Of a stretch of DNA of 20,000 nucleotides, positions 14,766 through 20,000 are shown piece by piece. Each line of letters opens with the position of its first letter. The stretch's first letter is position 1. A model generated the notes under the pieces. That model made no database searches. It had not been told where the DNA came from and was given only the letters and a program-made list of their open reading frames with translations. The DNA comes from an uncultured virus (IMG/VR IMGVR_UViG_3300037488_003510). Its lineage: Duplodnaviria > Heunggongvirae > Uroviricota > Caudoviricetes. The position numbers and the translations under genes were made by a program. The stretch lies in the IMG/VR virus record IMGVR_UViG_3300037488_003510, one strand, 5' to 3'.

Positions 14766-16039
14766 AGCGTCATAAGACAACAAGAACAGGTCCTCTACTA
14801 AGCATCTCATCCTTGGAGTCTGCCTTGGACGAACCGATCTCGCCTGACAATCAAACCCTCGAATCCGAAAGCCCAGGTCTCGCTGAAACACTCCAGCGAT
14901 TCTTGGTGGGAGCTTTTGAGCAATCGGACATTCCGTCAAGTCCAAATGGCACAGTGCTAAAAACACTGTTAGAACCTCTCGCTCCGGAAAGTGACGATAT
15001 TTCCAACGAAAGTGTTAGAGCCCAGGTAAGTGCAAGAGATGGGCTTATAGCAACCTCAAGAGCTAGACTTCAGAAGAGACAAGAAGAACTTAGGCACAAT
15101 GTTGCTGTGTCTAAGAACGGACCTCAAGGAGAAGTCAGATCGTCCGTTCTGGTACAAAGGGTAGAATTGGTCCCTTTAGATCTGATAGTACCGGATGAGA
15201 GCTTTGAAAACCTACGTCTCAAGGCAGCCGAAGAGGAGCTTCTAGAGCTGTCCGAAAGCATGAGACATGAAGGTCTCAAGGTGCCTGTAACCCTCATCGA
15301 AATAGGAAAAGGCTCCGATGGTTTTCATGCTAGAGCGGGCTTTCGAAGAATAGAAGTAGCGAAAAGACTCAAATGGCAACAAATTCCAGCTGTCATACTT
15401 CCAGCAAACACCCCGGTCATCGAAGAATACTGGACCAACATCATCGAGAATTCGGCTCGATCTAGACTGTCCACCTACGAAATAGCAAGCGCTGCAAAAA
15501 CGATGAGGGGTAAGTTTGGCATCAAAGCCTCAGAGTTTGCGATTCGAGCTGGGTATTCAGAAACCTATGTTCAAAATCTGCTCCGGTGTCTAGATCGCCT
15601 ACCAGAAACGATCATAGAGGAGTGGAAAGGTAGAGCCCCCATCCCGGTAGATCTGTACATCAAGTGGTCCATCATGAACCACGAAGAGGCCATCAAGATG
15701 ATGCTAATCTACACAGGTCGCAACCCCCACGTCGTCAAAAACTGGGAACCTGCCATCAAGCATGACCGAGCCCGTGAGATCAAAATGTCCAGTGCTCGCG
15801 GCCTAGCTCGAATGCAGCGGGTACGGTTCGCCTTGGAGGTGGCCAAGTCGCTAGACCATAAGACGAGAGAACTAGGTGTCAAGATCGTCGACTTCTGCTC
15901 AGGCGCCCGCGATGACGTGCCTGGAGTGTTCGAGCTGCGATCTAAGCAACGAAGATACAAGAGCCGGCGTAGGCAAGATCTGCTGATGCCGGCCGAAGGG
16001 GAAAGCCTGCCCCTCCCCGATCTGACGGAAACCTCCTGA
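14741..16039 (+). CDS. ParB/Spo0J-like protein with long N-terminal extension
   Basis: VPLDLIVPD...NLR, ELSESMRHEGLKVPV, AGFRR, ENSARSRLS, HTH EFAIRAGYSETYVQNLLR; start uncertain. Confidence 0.88.
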   Translation: MGNCEKQVERHKTTRTGPLLSISSLESALDEPISPDNQTLESESPGLAETLQRFLVGAFEQSDIPSSPNGTVLKTLLEPLAPESDDISNESVRAQVSARDGLIATSRARLQKRQEELRHNVAVSKNGPQGEVRSSVLVQRVELVPLDLIVPDESFENLRLKAAEEELLELSESMRHEGLKVPVTLIEIGKGSDGFHARAGFRRIEVAKRLKWQQIPAVILPANTPVIEEYWTNIIENSARSRLSTYEIASAAKTMRGKFGIKASEFAIRAGYSETYVQNLLRCLDRLPETIIEEWKGRAPIPVDLYIKWSIMNHEEAIKMMLIYTGRNPHVVKNWEPAIKHDRAREIKMSSARGLARMQRVRFALEVAKSLDHKTRELGVKIVDFCSGARDDVPGVFELRSKQRRYKSRRRQDLLMPAEGESLPLPDLTETS

Positions 16040-16076
16040 ACAAATCGCAACCGCTGAATAAAAGTCATTGATTCAG

Positions 16077-16101
16077 ATTGAACCGTATGCAATGGTTCGA
16101 T
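16077..16101 (+). promoter_or_regulatory. Imperfect inverted repeat at the start of the RHH gene (operator or RNA hairpin)
   Basis: ATTGAACCGT-atgca-ATGGTTCGAT; two G-U pairs on the plus strand. Confidence 0.4.
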
Positions 16102-16312
16102 GTCTATGTCGCTCAGGTCGAAAACCCTCCTCCAGACAAACGTGTCCCCCTCAGTAGGACGGAAGTTCGACGCTTTAGCCAAGGTCCACGGCCACAAGAG
16201 GGCCGGCTACCTGCGCTTCCTAGTAGAGATGCACGTTCATGCCTTGTCACCTGCCTTAGTTCGTACCTTGCAGAAAACCCACACGAAAGGACCTCGGAAT
16301 GATCCAAAGTAA
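16100..16312 (+). CDS. Ribbon-helix-helix (CopG-like) DNA-binding protein
   Basis: LLQTNVSPSVGRKFDALAKVHGHKRAGYLRFLVE fits beta-helix-Gly turn-helix. Confidence 0.65.
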   Translation: MSMSLRSKTLLQTNVSPSVGRKFDALAKVHGHKRAGYLRFLVEMHVHALSPALVRTLQKTHTKGPRNDPK

Positions 16313-17117
16313 CAATCTGTTCAAGAAGCCGGCTCCATGTGGAATTAGCCACTGGAAGTCTTTGCTTACCAAGCAGCTCAACAAAATCCAACAGTACGAC
16401 GGTGACGCCTCGACCGAAATCGGTCTTGTCATCGCCAATACGGTAGATCTGCTTCGGTTGGGATGGACCATGTTTCAGGACATTCCAGTCGCCAAGCAAG
16501 AAAGTGAGTCCGCTAAACGCGAGTGTATTGGCGAAGAAGCGGCCTCTCGACTGATGGAAGATCTCGGCATCGGACCAAACACAATACTCGGTGGTGCAAT
16601 AAGCACTGGACTAGACCTTTCACCTCAAGACTGTGCTTACGCGCTAGAAGTTGGTGGTGCCGGAGGTGGAAAAGTCAGCTCGGTTCGAGAAACACTAGAG
16701 GAAAATCCTGAAGACTTAATTGACTTGATGATCGCTAGAAAGTTGTGGTGGCAAAAACCAGATCGTCACACCACCTTCTCCAATCATGTGAAATCTATGA
16801 TCGGTCGCGCCTGCAAAGAGGAAGGTCTTTCTCTCCCCAAGAAACCAACTGACTTGCGATATCTCCAACGACTATCCGAGCTAGTTGGAGAATCTTCTTT
16901 AAGAGGCAACCCTTGGGTTCAAGCGAAAGGTAACGAAAGCTCCGACATGCGATTCACTTTAGCTGTTATTCAGATTCTGCCCCACTTTCATCCAGAAAAA
17001 GCAACGCGACAAAAACTCTCGTTCCTTTCCCATTGGGATAACGTAAAGGGAGATGGTAAAAACTTGTCACATCTTCTCTCGGAGGTCGAAAAGCAACTGA
17101 GCCAACGAACATCATGA
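16299..17117 (+). CDS. Hypothetical protein (272 aa)
   Basis: Long ORF overlapping both neighbours; AAGGA upstream. Confidence 0.8.
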   Translation: MIQSNNLFKKPAPCGISHWKSLLTKQLNKIQQYDGDASTEIGLVIANTVDLLRLGWTMFQDIPVAKQESESAKRECIGEEAASRLMEDLGIGPNTILGGAISTGLDLSPQDCAYALEVGGAGGGKVSSVRETLEENPEDLIDLMIARKLWWQKPDRHTTFSNHVKSMIGRACKEEGLSLPKKPTDLRYLQRLSELVGESSLRGNPWVQAKGNESSDMRFTLAVIQILPHFHPEKATRQKLSFLSHWDNVKGDGKNLSHLLSEVEKQLSQRTS

Positions 17118-17539
17118 CCAAAAAAGACGCTGCTGAAAAGGTAGCCAAGCTCATGAAGCTGGCCAAGGGGAGCGCCAACGAGCACGAGTCTGCGACTGCA
17201 AGGGCAAAAGCTGACAGTCTTGCCAAGGAATATGGACTAACAGCAAACGATTTGCTAGCTGGTGAGATGGCCGCCGCCTTCGACGAACTTGTCGACGAGT
17301 TCCACAAATTTGTCGTCAATCACTCCCCAATGACAGATGGAATGTTCGGGACGACAGCAGTTGTGACCGACGTCTTGTCCAAAATCAAGAACGTGAAAGA
17401 CACAGACAAAGCTACTCGACTTCGTCAGATCGCCGGAGTTATCCGAATAGCATCGTTCATAGCTGGAGACAACCAAATTGTAGCTGAAGTCAAAGTGGTG
17501 CTTGACACGGCTCTAAAAAACCACGGAATCACCATCTAG
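17114..17539 (+). CDS. DUF2786-like N-terminal domain protein
   Basis: EKVAKLMKLAKGSANEHESATARAKADSLAKEYGLT; ATGA overlap. Confidence 0.8.
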   Translation: MTKKDAAEKVAKLMKLAKGSANEHESATARAKADSLAKEYGLTANDLLAGEMAAAFDELVDEFHKFVVNHSPMTDGMFGTTAVVTDVLSKIKNVKDTDKATRLRQIAGVIRIASFIAGDNQIVAEVKVVLDTALKNHGITI

Positions 17540-17553
17540 ACAGGAAGAAACCC

Positions 17554-18027
17554 ATGACAGAGATCCAAAGAAACGAAGTAAACATGAGTCGCGAGGACAT
17601 TGCCTTTTTCATCAAGCATTTGTGGGAAGCTTTGCTCGCTCCAAGCTGGTCCAGAGACGATCTGATTGATCTCGGAAAAGCTGTGTTTGCAAGAACTCCC
17701 CTCAGCAAGATTGAGCAGAAGAGGTTTGACCGTTTGCTTCCCCATCTAACTCAGATGGTGAAAAGTCTTGGAGTCGCCGTTCAAGCCAAACTGCTTGAGG
17801 AAATTGCCAGGGCTAACACGAATGCTATTCAAGCCAAATTGCTTGCTGAAACAGCTGAACCTCAAAAAACAACTGCTCCTGCCATTACTACAGCTGCAAC
17901 TGTCACCATTTCTGAAACTCCAGTCGTGGGTCTTAATACCACCATAACATCACCTGACTCTCCCCAACCATCGCCTGCTGCCCTTGCTACGCCTGTTACA
18001 CCCACGGAGTCCCCCAGTGGCCAGTGA
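17554..18027 (+). CDS. Hypothetical protein with Thr/Pro/Ala-rich low-complexity tail
   Basis: AGGA upstream; internal duplication VQAKLLEE / IQAKLLAE. Confidence 0.75.
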   Translation: MTEIQRNEVNMSREDIAFFIKHLWEALLAPSWSRDDLIDLGKAVFARTPLSKIEQKRFDRLLPHLTQMVKSLGVAVQAKLLEEIARANTNAIQAKLLAETAEPQKTTAPAITTAATVTISETPVVGLNTTITSPDSPQPSPAALATPVTPTESPSGQ

Positions 18028-18328
18028 CATTGTCATCGTTCCCGTGTCTCCATCTGGAGGTATAGGCGATGTTGCAAAACCATCTGTCCAAAATCTCATT
18101 CATGGCGGCAGTAGTCGCCTAGTCCCCCATATTCCAACCCCATTCGGCGCTCGTCCTGCGATATGGACCTCTCCTCAAATCTACATGGAAAAGCTTGCAG
18201 CTGGAGGACCACCCGAAAAGGCTCGAAAGTGCATCGTCCTGCTGTCATCCGATCCTCCCGAAACAGCTCTCATCACTGTTCCGGCCGAAGCTCTCCATCT
18301 GTTCCCCAAAACCCCAGTCGACTGGTAA
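18017..18328 (+). CDS. Pro-rich hypothetical protein (103 aa)
   Basis: Start re-assigned to GTG 18017 (GGAG 7 nt upstream). Confidence 0.65.
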   Translation: MASDIVIVPVSPSGGIGDVAKPSVQNLIHGGSSRLVPHIPTPFGARPAIWTSPQIYMEKLAAGGPPEKARKCIVLLSSDPPETALITVPAEALHLFPKTPVDW

Positions 18329-18363
18329 TCAACCATCCCACCATCTAGGAGATCGCCCCACAC

Positions 18364-18711
18364 ATGAAAATTGCAAGTCTGTTCGACCTCATCAACGATT
18401 CCCGCGACGTGTTGGATTTCTTCGAGCGAGTGGAATCAACAGAGCAGCTAATCACTCGGCTAGATAGACTCAAGCGCCAAGGCACCGACGATATGCTCAT
18501 GTGCCTCGATAGTCTCCGGCACTCCATCGACACTCTACTGGCTGATACCCTGGAAATGTCTCCGTCGCTGGGGGATGAACCGGATGATGACGACGATATG
18601 TCCGAACTCGACAAGACGCTCGCCGAACTGGGCACTCCGGACGATTCAGTAACACCTCCCACATCAACTCCCCCTGACAATGCAAAAAAAGATGGCACTG
18701 ACCAACAGTGA
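18364..18711 (+). CDS. Acidic helical hypothetical protein
   Basis: AGGAG upstream; DEPDDDDD tract. Confidence 0.8.
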   Translation: MKIASLFDLINDSRDVLDFFERVESTEQLITRLDRLKRQGTDDMLMCLDSLRHSIDTLLADTLEMSPSLGDEPDDDDDMSELDKTLAELGTPDDSVTPPTSTPPDNAKKDGTDQQ

Positions 18712-18752
18712 TGTGGTAGCTTTTGGGCATCCTCATCGAAGGGAGGAACACA

Positions 18753-19001
18753 ATGCCCGCTTTAGCCTGCCACTGCAAAGATCTGGAAAAGGACCCCTCC
18801 TCCGTCGAGAGGCTTACTGTTCTCTGCCCGGAATGCGATCCGGACAACCCATTGGCTGTGCCTCAAGCCAACTGCCCCACCTGTGGTGGCAGCGGACAGG
18901 CGATGATCTCACTGTCTGCAATTGTCACCGAGATCAAAACCTCGCGGCTAGAACTCCTCGTCGGCGGAAAACCACGCGACGAAGGATTCCTCGACATCTA
19001 A
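18753..19001 (+). CDS. Zinc-finger protein (CxC, CPEC, CPTCGGSG)
   Basis: ATG 18753 with GGAGG upstream. Confidence 0.7.
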   Translation: MPALACHCKDLEKDPSSVERLTVLCPECDPDNPLAVPQANCPTCGGSGQAMISLSAIVTEIKTSRLELLVGGKPRDEGFLDI

Positions 19002-19002
19002 C

Positions 19003-19233
19003 TTGGCTGGGGACTTGATCCCCATGCCTCGTTACAGAAGCTCCGGCATCACCAAAAGAGCCCACGATGAGGCCGTGGAGATAGCTCGCACCAGAGGCGA
19101 GAGCGAGGGTCGCCTGTACGCGCGCATCGAGGAGCGCCGACGGATCGCCGGATGGCTGCGCTCGCTAAGCACCGGAACTCCCAGAGAATTGGCGGTCTTG
19201 ATCGACTCGGGTGCCCACATGAAGGGCACATGA
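19003..19233 (+). CDS. Hypothetical protein (76 aa; alternative start 19024)
   Basis: Directly follows the upstream stop; helical EERRRIAGWLR segment. Confidence 0.7.
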   Translation: MAGDLIPMPRYRSSGITKRAHDEAVEIARTRGESEGRLYARIEERRRIAGWLRSLSTGTPRELAVLIDSGAHMKGT

Positions 19234-19423
19234 TAACACGAAGTCTCGAAATTCTTTAAGGATTTCGGGTGCTTACGAGAAGATAGCTTTTTTTCCTTGA
19301 CGAACAGGGTGCCAAGAAGCAAAATCGTTCGCATGTCCAAGGGAAAACCAAGAACAGATCTCCGACTTCATCTCATACCTCAACTCATGCCTCGACAAGC
19401 AACTGGATACCCTACAGCAGTAG
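19230..19423 (+). pseudogene. Possible doubly frameshifted small gene (or homopolymer sequencing errors)
   Basis: ATGA overlap start; removing one T near 19256 and one G near 19341 gives a continuous 63-aa ORF filling the gap. Confidence 0.35.
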
Positions 19424-19432
19424 AGACCCCTC

Positions 19433-19675
19433 ATGAAAGACCTTCCAAAATCATACCGAAAGCACATTCCAAACAGTTGCGATGACTGCGAACACTCCCA
19501 CACGTACTTCGACAAAGGTAAAATAGTCTCCTGTTGTGCGAAAACATCTTCCCCTCCGACTCGCTTTTCCTCCAACTGGTTCGAATGGGTCGAAAAGTAC
19601 GAAGTGTCCGGTGAGTATGGAATCTGCGATGAATTCGATCTGCGTTCCGACTTCCCTGTTGAAGTACACAGGTAA
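19433..19675 (+). CDS. Cys-rich hypothetical protein (CDDCEH...CC...GICDEF)
   Basis: ORF in operon; four-Cys metal-binding pattern. Confidence 0.7.
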   Translation: MKDLPKSYRKHIPNSCDDCEHSHTYFDKGKIVSCCAKTSSPPTRFSSNWFEWVEKYEVSGEYGICDEFDLRSDFPVEVHR

Positions 19676-19735
19676 GGAGCAACCTGATACCCAAAAAATC
19701 CATCTTTCTCAAAGAAAAATCAGGAGAACTGAACG

Positions 19736-19963
19736 ATGAAGTCAAAGAAGAACGCACATGCATGTTCGGCGTGCGGTGAAACCAACGACGTTAATCGGTG
19801 CATAATTTCCGTGAGGGCTCGCCGTAAGTATTCGCTCCCTCGCGTTGTGTATGGCTGCCGGTTGTGCCGCGACACCTTCGCCCATGACGATTTCTGCGCA
19901 ACCGTAGAAATGCGCGGGATCGCCCCCCCCAAGCCCACCAGCCGCCCTCCCAGGGCCACCTAA
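19736..19963 (+). CDS. Zinc-finger hypothetical protein (CSAC...CRLC)
   Basis: AGGAG upstream. Confidence 0.7.
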   Translation: MKSKKNAHACSACGETNDVNRCIISVRARRKYSLPRVVYGCRLCRDTFAHDDFCATVEMRGIAPPKPTSRPPRAT

Positions 19964-20000
19964 CCGCGCCTCCAAGGCCGCCCCCCGCCTCCGCGCTCCG

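Noticed and set aside
18692..18752. Possible +1 frameshift at GCTTTTGGG joining MALTNSDVVA to the zinc-finger ORF
   Set aside because: ATG 18692 has no SD and lies inside the previous gene, whereas ATG 18753 has GGAGG; no stimulatory structure seen.
1..20000. Stop-codon reassignment (many TAG stops, frequent CTAG)
   Set aside because: Genes tile tightly and conserved proteins (PolB, ThyX, SNF2, ParB) are intact under the standard code.

Overview
Gene-dense (about 50% GC), virus-like or linear-plasmid-like DNA in two divergent arms: everything from 1 to about 12.1 kb is on the minus strand, everything from about 12.26 kb on is on the plus strand, with back-to-back sigma70-type promoters at about 12.2 kb. 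The left arm is a replication, nucleotide-metabolism and DNA-packing module. It encodes a protein-primed-type family B DNA polymerase with several unusual motif substitutions, an SSB-like protein, a wHTH-HerA/FtsK-like ATPase, ThyX with a zinc-finger insertion, a MazG-like pyrophosphohydrolase, a minimal ATP-grasp-like protein, a stand-alone Fis-type HTH and two Lys-rich histone-like proteins. The right arm encodes a SNF2 (SMARCAL1-like) helicase, an XRE HTH, ParB-like, RHH and DUF2786-like proteins and small Cys/Zn proteins. I recognise no capsid, terminase, portal, integrase, tRNA, rRNA or CRISPR array. Three intergenic RNA structures pair fully only on the coding strand (via G-U), including a 100-nt three-way junction. 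A myxobacterial host is suggested by inference only. All family calls come from reading motifs by eye, not from database searches.
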